Part shown: positions 28,051 to 37,614 of the stretch, one piece after another | Layout of the letters: every line of letters begins with the position of its first letter | How positions within the stretch are numbered: the stretch's first letter is position 1 | DNA from: Candidatus Rokuibacteriota bacterium | Lineage (GTDB): Bacteria > Methylomirabilota > Methylomirabilia > Rokubacteriales > CSP1-6 | NCBI GenBank assembly: GCA_003221515.1 | Contig: QHSI01000129.1 | Span: forward strand, 6,646-70,645 | Direction: 5' to 3' | Length of the DNA: 64,000 nt | The notes under the pieces: generated by a model | Database searches by the model: none | Told to the model about the DNA's origin: nothing | What the model saw: only the letters and a program-made list of their open reading frames with translations | Program-made: the position numbers and the translations under genes

Positions 28051-29685
28051 TCACCGACGACGCCACGCTTGCGTGCGGTGTTCCAACCACCGGGCAAGGA
28101 TCAGGTGGAGGCCGCGAGCCGCGACGTTGGTGTAGAAGATCATCATCGCCATCGCGGCCGCCGAGGCGATCTCGCCGGTGTCGTCCATGTTGAGCACGGA
28201 GATCGACGCCAGCTCGGTCGTGGGGCCGTAGATGAAGACGACGCCCGACACCGTCGTCATGGCGTTGACGAACATGTAGATCGCGATATCGAGCGTGGAC
28301 GGCAGACACACCGGCACCGTCACGCGCCAGAAGGTCCGGTAGAAGGGCTGCTTGAGCGACGCCGACACCGTCTCGAACTCCGGGTCCATCTGGCGGAGCG
28401 CGGTGAGCGCGGTCAGGTGGCCGACCGTGTAGAAATGGACGACGGTGTTGACGACCAGGATCGTCATCGTGCGGTAGAGCACGTTGAGCGGGTTCGCCGG
28501 CGCATTGAAGAAGAAAATGTAGGCGAGCCCGAGCACCAGCCCCGGCACCGCCATCGGCAGCATCGCCAGGAAGTGGAAGAGCGCGCGGCCCAGCGCGAAG
28601 CCGCGGGCCTTCTCGACCAGGTACGCCCCCGCGAACACGATGACGGTGCCGACCGCGCCGGTGAGCAGCGCCAGCCGGATCGAGTTGGAATAGGACGCCC
28701 AGCCGCCGCCGCCCTTCGTGTCGAAGTCGTAGTGCGCCCAGGTCAGCGTGAGGTTGTACGGGAAGAACTTCACCAGGGCGGCGAATTGCGAGACCGCGAC
28801 GATGCTGAGGATGGCCATGCCGATCACGGTGCAGTAGGCGAGCATCGCCAGATCGAGCCCGCGCGTCGGCGTGGGCTCGTAGGGGACCGCCCGCGCGGAG
28901 AGGAGCGCCACTTGCCGGCGCCGGACCGCACGGTCGACGACGAAGGCGAGGATCGCCGGGATCAGCAAGATCACGCTGACGACCGCGCCCATCTGGAAGT
29001 TCTGCTGGCCGATCACCTGCTTGTAGACGTCGGTGGCCAGCACGTTGTACTGGCCGCCGATCACCTTCGGCGCGCCGAAGTCGGTGATGACCGTCGTGAA
29101 CACGACGAAGGTGGCGCTGATCAGCCCGTAGCGCGCTCCCGGCAGCGTGACGGTCCAGAAGATGCGGGCCGGCGACGCGCGCAGCGCCACCGCCGCCTCG
29201 TAGAGCCGCGCGTCGGCCAGCGCCAGTGCGGCCAGGATGATCAGCAGGGCGTGCGGGAAGGTGGTGAAGGCCTCCGCCATCACGATGCCGATCGGTCCGT
29301 AGATGCCGTGCCCGAGCAGGAGCCCCTTGATCAGTCCCTGGTTGCCGAAGAGGTAGACGAGGGCGAGCCCGGGCAAGAGCGAGGGCACCAGGATCGGGAC
29401 CAGCGCGGTGGTCTTGAAGAGACCCCGGAGCGGCATGCGGGTGCGCGTGAGCGCGTAGGCGTAAGCGAATGCCGCCGGCACCGTGATCGCGGTGCTGAGG
29501 ATCGCGATCCAGAGACTGTTACCGATGGACTGGAACAGCGCCGGCGTCGAGAAGTACCGGATGTAGTTCGCGAGCCCGACGAACTCGTCCCGCGAGCCCT
29601 GCAGGCTCTTGCCGAGCATGAGCCCGAGCGGCAGTGCCAAGGCGACGACGAGGTAGAGCCCGATGACCCCGATGAAGGCACGCAT
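28051..29685 (-). CDS. ABC permease, putative 2-aminoethylphosphonate/Fe(III)-type (duplicated TM domain)
   Basis: Two EAA loops (RLYEAAVALRAS, EFETVSASLKQ); TDFGAPKVIGGQYNVLATDVYKQVIGQQNF; true start may lie upstream near 29763. Confidence 0.8.
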   Translation of the reverse strand: MRAFIGVIGLYLVVALALPLGLMLGKSLQGSRDEFVGLANYIRYFSTPALFQSIGNSLWIAILSTAITVPAAFAYAYALTRTRMPLRGLFKTTALVPILVPSLLPGLALVYLFGNQGLIKGLLLGHGIYGPIGIVMAEAFTTFPHALLIILAALALADARLYEAAVALRASPARIFWTVTLPGARYGLISATFVVFTTVITDFGAPKVIGGQYNVLATDVYKQVIGQQNFQMGAVVSVILLIPAILAFVVDRAVRRRQVALLSARAVPYEPTPTRGLDLAMLAYCTVIGMAILSIVAVSQFAALVKFFPYNLTLTWAHYDFDTKGGGGWASYSNSIRLALLTGAVGTVIVFAGAYLVEKARGFALGRALFHFLAMLPMAVPGLVLGLAYIFFFNAPANPLNVLYRTMTILVVNTVVHFYTVGHLTALTALRQMDPEFETVSASLKQPFYRTFWRVTVPVCLPSTLDIAIYMFVNAMTTVSGVVFIYGPTTELASISVLNMDDTGEIASAAAMAMMIFYTNVAARGLHLILARWLEHRTQAWRRR

Positions 29686-29755
29686 GAGCCGGTCGTCGCG
29701 GCTCGACTCGGGCCGGACGGCCGTGGCGACGTCTGCCCCGCGCGCGACGGCGGCG

Positions 29756-30883
<1,128 letters not shown>

Positions 30884-32029
30884 TCGGTCAGAATCTTGGC
30901 GCGGTTCACCGCCGCCCACTGGAAGTCGTTCTTGATCATGTGCTGCAGCATGTTGTCGGGGAGGAACTCGATGGGCTTGGACATCTTCGAGATCGCCACG
31001 ACCGCGTAACCCTCGTTGTAGAGCTTCATGGCCTTGTCGCTGACCGACCAGTCGAGCAGCGTCCTGGCGGATTCCAGGTTTTTGGTGCCCTTCACGATCG
31101 CCGTCGCTTCCATGTCCCAGCCCGAGCCCTCCGACGGGAACACGATGTCGATCGGCGCGCCCTGCCGCTTCTGCCGCGCCGCGCGGAACTCGAAGGACAC
31201 TCCGATCGGGTACTCGCCGGCGCCGGCCATCGTGCACGGCTTCGAGCCCGAGTGCGTGTAGACGCCGATGTTCTGGTGGAGCGCGTCCATGTACTTCCAG
31301 CCCTCGGCCTCGCCGAAGAGCTGGAGCCAGCTGGTGACGTCGAGGAAGCCGGTGCCGGACGACGCCGGGTTCGGCATCACGATCGTGCCCTTGTAGACCG
31401 GCTTGATCAGGTCCTTCCACGACGCGGGCTTCGGCAGGTTCTTCTTCTGCGCTTCCACCGTGTTGAAGCAGAGCGCCGCGACCCAGGCGTCCATGCCGAC
31501 CCACGCCGGCGGGTTGTCCTTGTCACGGAACTGGGTGTCGAGGCGCTCGAGCCCCTTCGGCGCGTACGGGACCAGCATGCCGTCGGGCTTCAGCACGAGG
31601 AGGCTCGTCGCGGCCAGGCCCCAGATCACGTCGGCCTGCGGGTTGGCTTTCTCGGCGAGGAGCTTGGCGGTGATGACGCCGGTCGAGTCACGGACCCACT
31701 TGATCTCGATGTCCGGATGGTCCTCGTTGAAGCGGGCCGCGTACTTCTTGAGATCGTCCGCCTCGACGGCCGTGTAGACGTTGAGCGTCGCCTTCGCCGC
31801 GCGGACGGTGGTGGAGGCGAAGCCGATCGCCGCCACGACGATCGCGACGCACACGAGAACGGCGCCGAGCCGGACGAGTGTCCCGTGAGCCATGAGGCCC
31901 TCCCTATCTACGCGCGCCTCGGTCGGCGGGACCCCAGCCCCGCGACGACCTGCGGCGCGCCCGACCATCGCGAGGTGGACGTGATTCTAGCCCAGACGCC
32001 CGCGCGTTGTCAGGGTCGCCGCCGAACCG

Positions 32030-32770
32030 TCACACCAGGCGATCCCGCAGCCGCGAGCTGGTCGCGTCGACGACCATCACCATCGCAACCGTGACCAGCA
32101 GCACCGTGGACGCCGCCGGATAGTCGATCAGCCGGAGATAGGTCTGCAGATAGAAGCCGATGCCGCCGGCGCCCACGAAGCCGAGCACGGTGGCGGCGCG
32201 GATGTTGGACTCGAGGCGATAGAGCACGTACGAGAGGAAGAGCGGCAGCACCTGCGGGATCACCGCGTACCTGAGTATTTGCAGACGCGTGGCGCCGGTG
32301 GCGGTGACGGCGTCGACGGGGCCGGGATCGATGCCTTCGACCGCCTCGGAGTAAAGCTTGGCGAGCGAGGTCGTCGTATACGCCACGACGGCGAGCACGC
32401 CGGGGAAGGGACCGAGGCCGACCGCCGCCACGAAGATCAGCGCGTAGACGAGCGTGTCCACGCTCCTCAGGAAATTGAGCACGGCGCGCGCGGGATAGAA
32501 GACGGCGCCGGGCGTCACGTTGCGCGCGGAGAGAAAGCCGAGCGGCAGCGCCAGGACCGCGGCCACCGCGGTGCCGAGCAGCGCGATCTCGACGGTCGTG
32601 AGCGCGCCGGCGAGCGCCGCCGGGAGCACGCGCAGGTCCGGCGGCATCATGCGCCGGATGAAGTCGAGGATCCACGGCACGCCGCGGGCCAGCCTCACCG
32701 GGTCGGCGCCGGTGTCCCAGACGAGCCACGCGAGAAGCACGAGGGCGGTGAAGATCGCCGCTCTGGTCAT
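32030..32770 (-). CDS. phnE: Phosphonate ABC permease
   Basis: AVGLGPFPGVLA, KLYSEAVE, YRLESNIRAATVLGFVGAGGIG. Confidence 0.9.
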   Translation of the reverse strand: MTRAAIFTALVLLAWLVWDTGADPVRLARGVPWILDFIRRMMPPDLRVLPAALAGALTTVEIALLGTAVAAVLALPLGFLSARNVTPGAVFYPARAVLNFLRSVDTLVYALIFVAAVGLGPFPGVLAVVAYTTTSLAKLYSEAVEGIDPGPVDAVTATGATRLQILRYAVIPQVLPLFLSYVLYRLESNIRAATVLGFVGAGGIGFYLQTYLRLIDYPAASTVLLVTVAMVMVVDATSSRLRDRLV

Positions 32771-32894
32771 TGGAGCGGAGCCCGTGAGGCCGCCTTGGTG
32801 CGAGGGTGGCCTGAGAGAGATGCGACCCGGCTCCGGTCGCCTGGTTTGGCCTCGGCGATTTGCGAGCCCGACGTGAGCCCAGTCGAGCTCGGCG

Positions 32895-33635
32895 TCACGG
32901 CCCGTCTCCGTAGATCATGCGCGCGACCGCTGGCGTGAGGGCTGACGGCGGGCCGTCGAAGGCCACGCGCCCCTGACGGAAGCCGACGATGCGCGTGGCG
33001 TAGGCCAGCGCGGTTTCCAGCTGGTGCTGGCTCACCACGAGCGTGAGGCCGTGCTCGACGTTGATCGCCTTGAGAATGTCCATGATGCTGCTGGTGAGCG
33101 AGGGATCCAGGCTCGCGGTGGGCTCGTCGGCCAGGACGACCGCGGGTCGCTGCGCGAGCGCGCGCGCGATCGCGACCCGCTGCTGCTCGCCGCCGGACAG
33201 CGTGTCGGCGCGGCGATCGGCGAAGTGCGCGAGCCCCACCTGAGCCAGGCACCCGAACGCCTGCTCGCGATCGGCGGCTGGAAAGCGGCCGAGCACGCTC
33301 GGCACCGCCGGCACGTAGCCGAGCCGTCCGGCCAGGACGTTCTCCAGCGCCGAGGCGCGGCGCACGAGGTTGAACTGCTGGAAGACCATGCCGATCTGCC
33401 GCCGGATCTCGCGCAGCTCCGCCGTCCCCGCGCCGGTGACGGCGCGGCCGGCGACGCGGATCGTGCCGGCGGTGGGCTCGACGAGACGGTTGAGCGAGCG
33501 GAGGAACGTGGTCTTGCCGGCGCCGCTGCGGCCGAGCACCGCGACGAATTCACCGCGGCCCACCACCAGGTCGACTCCATCGAGCGCCACGGTCGCCGGC
33601 GGCCGGACGACTCGCAGCCCCGCGACCTCGATCAT
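32895..33635 (-). CDS. phnC: Phosphonate ABC ATP-binding protein
   Basis: GRSGAGKTT, GMVFQQFNLV, NVLAGRLG, LSGGEQQRVAIARA, ADEPTASLDP. Confidence 0.9.
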   Translation of the reverse strand: MIEVAGLRVVRPPATVALDGVDLVVGRGEFVAVLGRSGAGKTTFLRSLNRLVEPTAGTIRVAGRAVTGAGTAELREIRRQIGMVFQQFNLVRRASALENVLAGRLGYVPAVPSVLGRFPAADREQAFGCLAQVGLAHFADRRADTLSGGEQQRVAIARALAQRPAVVLADEPTASLDPSLTSSIMDILKAINVEHGLTLVVSQHQLETALAYATRIVGFRQGRVAFDGPPSALTPAVARMIYGDGP

Positions 33636-33655
33636 CGCCCGCGGGTCGAGCGGAC

Positions 33656-34546
33656 TCAGCGCGGTCGGACGCCGAGCAGCTCGATCGCTGCGCGCACCGG
33701 ATCGTAGTCGCGGTCGTCGGCCGGCGCGAACCCGTCGATCTCGTAGAGGCGCTTGAGCAGCGCAGCGTAGGCGGGCGCGCGGATCTGCAGGAGAGCGGCC
33801 CGCACCTTCGCGAAGGTCGCCGCGTCGAGACCGTCGCGGGCGGCGATGCCGGCCTCGGGAATCTCCGGCGTCTCCGCGACGACAACGATGCGCTCGCGCT
33901 CGGCCGGATCGCTGAGATACTGCTCGCGCGCCATGTCGAACGAGGCCAGCGCGTCGACGTGGCTGTTGAGCAGCGCGCGCATGCCCGCGTCGTGCGCTCC
34001 GGCGAAGACCACCTCGCGGAAGAACGTCTTGGGGTCCCGGTTCTTCACGAGCCCGCGCTGGATCAGCAGCACCATCGGATAGATGTAACCCGACGAGCTC
34101 GCGGGATCGATGAACGCCATGGTCTTGCCGCGCAGCTCCTCCAGCGTTTTGAGCCCGGACTCGCGGCGCACGTAGATGCGCGAGGTGAAGGAGCTCTTGC
34201 CGTGCCAGAGGTTCCGCACCATGATCGTCGCCTTCGCCTCGCGACTCGCCAGCACGTAGCCGCCCGGATGGACGAACGCCAGATCGGCGGTGCGGTTGCG
34301 CAGCGCCTCGATCACCGCGGCGTAGTCCGACGCGACCGTCACCCGCACGGGAATGCCGGTGAGCGTGGTGATGACCTTGCCGAACTCGTCGCCGGTGGCC
34401 ATGAGGTCGGTGGGCTTCTGCGAGGGCGTGAGGACGAGGTGCAGCCCGTCGGCGCCGAAGGCCGGGCGCGCCGCTCCGAGCGACACGAGCGCGCACAGCG
34501 CGACGAGCCCGAGAATGCGTGGGATCACCGGCGGTGAGTGTACCAT
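33656..34546 (-). CDS. phnD: Phosphate/phosphite/phosphonate ABC substrate-binding protein
   Basis: ASDYAAVIEALR, FIDPASSSGYIYP, FAGAHDA, DRDYDPVR. Confidence 0.85.
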   Translation of the reverse strand: MVHSPPVIPRILGLVALCALVSLGAARPAFGADGLHLVLTPSQKPTDLMATGDEFGKVITTLTGIPVRVTVASDYAAVIEALRNRTADLAFVHPGGYVLASREAKATIMVRNLWHGKSSFTSRIYVRRESGLKTLEELRGKTMAFIDPASSSGYIYPMVLLIQRGLVKNRDPKTFFREVVFAGAHDAGMRALLNSHVDALASFDMAREQYLSDPAERERIVVVAETPEIPEAGIAARDGLDAATFAKVRAALLQIRAPAYAALLKRLYEIDGFAPADDRDYDPVRAAIELLGVRPR

Positions 34547-34619
34547 CGCCCGTAGTGTGCGCCGCAGGCCGTCGCGGGGCTGGGGCCCCGCCGGCGAGGC
34601 GCGGATACCAACGGAGGTC

Positions 34620-35327
34620 ATGAGCGTGCTCCGCCCCGGATTCATCTGGGCTCTGCTCCTCGTCGCCGCGGGCGCGGGCGGCGTCTATCTGGCGGACCGG
34701 CTCGTCCTGGCGCCGGGGCGCGAGCACCAGCGACAGATCGAGGAACGCGACGCGCAGATCCGCACCTTGACGGAGCGCAACCAGGCCCTCGAGGCGGCGG
34801 TGCGCCTGCTCCGGCACACCGAGCGGCGCGCGCGGCTCGTCGTGCTGGACCAGGCGCGCGGCCCCGACGGTCACGTGCGGACCCGCGTCCGGTTCACCGA
34901 GCTCGACTCCCAGGGCGACATCGTCGGCGAGCCGCGCGAGCTCACGCTCGAGGGCGACGAGGTGTACGTCGACGCGCTCGTGATCAAGTTCGAAGACAAC
35001 TTCGTGACCGCCGGCGACGCGCTCAAGGGCAAGGCGCTGCTCCTCTTCCGGCGAGTCTTCACCGATCGCCGCCGGCCCGCGGAAGGCGACGTGCTGGACC
35101 GGGAGGGGCAGATCCCGCAGAGCTACGCGGCCGAGCGGGCGCCAACCGCGTTCGAGCGCGAGCTCTGGGCGCGCTTCTGGGAGCTGGCCAACGATCCCGA
35201 CGAGGCTCGGCGGCGCGGCGTGCGGGCCCTGCACGGCGAGGCGGTCTCGACCCGGCTGCGCAAGGACCGTACCTACACGATCACGCTGCGCTCGACGGGC
35301 GAGCTGACGATCCTGCCGACTCAGTAA
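34620..35327 (+). CDS. Membrane-anchored hypothetical protein (TM, coiled coil, beta-rich domain)
   Basis: GGAGG RBS; EGDEVYVDALVIKF, LLFRRVF, WARFWELANDP; strong GC3 bias. Confidence 0.75.
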   Translation: MSVLRPGFIWALLLVAAGAGGVYLADRLVLAPGREHQRQIEERDAQIRTLTERNQALEAAVRLLRHTERRARLVVLDQARGPDGHVRTRVRFTELDSQGDIVGEPRELTLEGDEVYVDALVIKFEDNFVTAGDALKGKALLLFRRVFTDRRRPAEGDVLDREGQIPQSYAAERAPTAFERELWARFWELANDPDEARRRGVRALHGEAVSTRLRKDRTYTITLRSTGELTILPTQ

Positions 35328-35381
35328 CCCCCTTCCGGCCGCCTGGTCCTCCAGAATCCACCGCCGCTCTCTATAGGTATT

Positions 35382-35416
35382 TTCCGGATTTTCGAGATCG
35401 CCGACGTCGGGTAACG
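35382..35416 (+). promoter_or_regulatory. Repeated promoter-like motif, copy 1
   Basis: TTCCGGA-N20-GGGTAACG upstream of 35519. Confidence 0.55.
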
Positions 35417-35518
35417 TGGCGGTGGCCCAGGTGGGCCCGCTTCGGCGCAGAACGCGCCGGCATCGCCGCCCAGGCGTCGGTCGAGGGCGTAGCGACAACA
35501 ATTTCCGCGAGGGCCAGC

Positions 35519-35746
35519 GTGGCGCATTTCTATCTCATCGTGTCGCAGCAGGAGCCCAACCGGTATCCGTACTTCAAGCACGTGTACGCCAACGAGACCA
35601 TGGAAGTGATCCTCGACCGCCGCCTCGCGGAACGGCGCGAGAGGCAGGCGCGGCCCGCGAGCGAGCGGCGCCGCACGGACCGGCGCAGTCGGAACGTCTC
35701 GGACGCTCTCAAGCAGTACGGGTGGGTCCTCGCGCGGGGCAGGTGA
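35519..35746 (+). CDS. Small Arg-rich protein (EVILDRR...ERRRxDRR), paralog 1
   Basis: 75 aa; same motif and spacing as 36525..36815. Confidence 0.7.
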   Translation: MAHFYLIVSQQEPNRYPYFKHVYANETMEVILDRRLAERRERQARPASERRRTDRRSRNVSDALKQYGWVLARGR

Positions 35747-35804
35747 TCGGCTCCTCGTCGAGGCGGCTCGCCCCTATGGACCCTCAGTGATTCTCCATTT
35801 TCAA

Positions 35805-35839
35805 TTCCGGAAAACCGCGGATTGCCACACTGGGTTACG
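35805..35839 (+). promoter_or_regulatory. Repeated promoter-like motif, copy 2
   Basis: TTCCGGA-N20-GGGTTACG upstream of 35860. Confidence 0.55.
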
Positions 35840-35859
35840 GCCTGCTTTGCTGCGTCGCG

Positions 35860-36528
35860 ATGGCGGCCGTCGGTGGAGGTGTCGAAGGGCTCCGGGTTCT
35901 CGTCGTGGAGCCCAAGGACTTGCTCGCGGCCCGCCTGAAGGACCAGCTGGAGAGCCTGGGCCACCGAGTGCTGGCGCTGGCCAAGGATGGGCGGGAGGCG
36001 GTCGCGGCCGCCCACCGGTTGCGTCCGAACCTCATCCTGATGGAGACCGCGCTCGCCGGCATCGACGGCATCGACGCGGCGCGGGCGATCGTCAACGACG
36101 AGCCGGTTCCCATCATCCTCCTCATCGGTTATGCCGGCGCCGAGCTCGTCCGCCGGGCGAGGGAGGCGGGAGTCGTCGCGTACCTGACGTCCGTGGACCG
36201 GCGACGGCTCACCTCGACCATCGAAGTCGCGCTGGAGCGCTTCCGAGAGTACCAGCTGGTTCGGACGGAAGGGAGTGACCCGATCAAGGTGCTCGCGGCA
36301 CGAAGGGCCGTCGACCGTGCGACGATGGTGCTGACCACGCGGCTCCCTCTCTCCGAGGCCGAGGCCTTCCAGCACCTCCTCGACTGCAAGAAGAGCACGC
36401 GTCGAACCCTTCGCGAAACCGCATCGGCGGTCGTCGGGGCGGACTGGGTTCTCGGGCGGCCCGAGTTCGGCCCCGCCCTCCAGATGATTCTGTACACCAT
36501 TCGCCGGGGTCTGCGGCCCCCGCAATGA
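35860..36528 (+). CDS. REC-ANTAR (AmiR/NasT-like) regulator with degenerate receiver
   Basis: Receiver fold RVLVVEP...AKDGREAV...LILMET; ANTAR-like ARRAVDRATMVL...LSEAEAFQHL...LRETASAV. Confidence 0.75.
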   Translation: MAAVGGGVEGLRVLVVEPKDLLAARLKDQLESLGHRVLALAKDGREAVAAAHRLRPNLILMETALAGIDGIDAARAIVNDEPVPIILLIGYAGAELVRRAREAGVVAYLTSVDRRRLTSTIEVALERFREYQLVRTEGSDPIKVLAARRAVDRATMVLTTRLPLSEAEAFQHLLDCKKSTRRTLRETASAVVGADWVLGRPEFGPALQMILYTIRRGLRPPQ

Positions 36529-36815
36529 CGGAGTCGGCGCCGGGATTCCTCCTCCACGTCGTCCGAGTCGCCGATCGGCTGCACCACAATCCTGGCCGGA
36601 TGTTGCTCATCGTCCGCGGGCCGTACGCCCATCTCGAGGATCGATTGCGCCGACTGTTCGAAGGGCGTCAAGACGTCGTCGAGGTCATCCTCGATCGGCG
36701 CCGCGGTCAGCGACGTGCGCGCAGCCAGGCCGACCAGCCCGAGCGGCGGCGAGCCGACCGGCGCACGCCGAAGGAGGACATCCTGGAAATCGTCCTCGAA
36801 GGCAGCGGCGACTGA
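36525..36815 (+). CDS. Small Arg-rich protein (EVILDRR...ERRRxDRR), paralog 2
   Basis: ATGA overlap with the ANTAR gene; VEVILDRRRGQRR...ERRRADRR. Confidence 0.7.
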   Translation: MTESAPGFLLHVVRVADRLHHNPGRMLLIVRGPYAHLEDRLRRLFEGRQDVVEVILDRRRGQRRARSQADQPERRRADRRTPKEDILEIVLEGSGD

Positions 36816-36821
36816 TACCGA

Positions 36822-36854
36822 TTCCGGGAAACTCTGACGTGCTTGTACGGGATT
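36822..36854 (+). promoter_or_regulatory. Repeated promoter-like motif, copy 3 (EPS operon)
   Basis: TTCCGGG-N20-GGGATT, followed by the palindrome TCTCAATTGAGA (36856-36867). Confidence 0.5.
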
Positions 36855-36879
36855 GTCTCAATTGAGAGTCAGGTCGGCC

Positions 36880-36891
36880 CGCCGTAGCGTG
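36880..36891 (+). promoter_or_regulatory. ops/JUMPstart-like element
   Basis: CGCCGTAGCGTG is 10/12 identical to the E. coli ops GGCGGTAGCGTG and lies in the leader of a NusG-paralog-led polysaccharide operon. Confidence 0.4.
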
Positions 36892-37042
36892 TACGTATAG
36901 TCGCTCACGACGTAGCCGGGTTGTTCGCACACAGGAATAAATGAATAAATGAGCGATCGGTCTCGAGGGTGTGCTCGCCGATCGTGGAGCCTGGTTCAGC
37001 CCCGACGGGGCGGCAGAAACCAAAGGGGGCGAAGCCTATTCC

Positions 37043-37612
37043 ATGAACGCGTCGACAATCGAGTTGAACGCTTCCGCGGCGACGGTGACCGCGACCCTGG
37101 CGCTGTCGCCGACACCCGCGTGGCACGCCCTGTGGACGCGCAGCCATTGCGAGCAAATGGTCGTGGACCAGCTGGCGGCGAAGGGATTCGAGCTGTTTCT
37201 GCCGAGGGTCGGCCGTTGGGCACGGCACGGTGATGTCAGGCGCCGCATCGTGGTTCCGATGTTCCCGGGGTACGTCTTCCTGCACGGGAGGGTCGACAAG
37301 GTGGCGTATCTCGAAATCGTCAAGACGCGCGGGCTGGCGCAGATTCTCGGCGAGCGCTGGGACCGGCTGGCGACGATCGATGTCAGGGAGATTGAGGCGC
37401 TCCGGAGGATCGTCGCCGTCAAGGCGCCGGCCCTACCGTACGCCTACTTGCGGGCAGGCCAGCGCATCCGGATCACGCGGGGCCCGCTGGCCGAGCTCGA
37501 GGGCATTCTCGTCCGCGCCAAGGAGAATCGGGGTCTGCTAGTGGTGGCCGTCGAGCTCCTTCGGTGCGGTGTCGCAGTGCAAGTGGACTGCACGTCGGTG
37601 ACGCCTCTCTGA
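37043..37612 (+). CDS. NusG paralog / transcription antiterminator (UpxY/LoaP/RfaH-like)
   Basis: WHALWTRSHCE, FLP...VPMFPGYVF (NGN); GQRIRITRGPLAELEG (KOW); first gene of the EPS operon. Confidence 0.85.
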   Translation: MNASTIELNASAATVTATLALSPTPAWHALWTRSHCEQMVVDQLAAKGFELFLPRVGRWARHGDVRRRIVVPMFPGYVFLHGRVDKVAYLEIVKTRGLAQILGERWDRLATIDVREIEALRRIVAVKAPALPYAYLRAGQRIRITRGPLAELEGILVRAKENRGLLVVAVELLRCGVAVQVDCTSVTPL

Positions 37613-37614
37613 GC

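Noticed and set aside
32895-35501. 868-aa minus-strand ORF
   Set aside because: Only 32895..33635 (phnC) is real; the upstream part is off-frame over phnD and the 34620 gene
35831-35846. GG-N10-GC sigma-54-like site before the ANTAR gene
   Set aside because: Poor match outside the dinucleotides; better explained by the TTCCGGR-N20-GGGW motif
37005-37040. GGCAGAAACC...GGGGGCGAAGCC as a c-di-GMP-I riboswitch
   Set aside because: Lacks the GNRA-tetraloop/receptor architecture and the GCAAAG consensus; only superficial similarity
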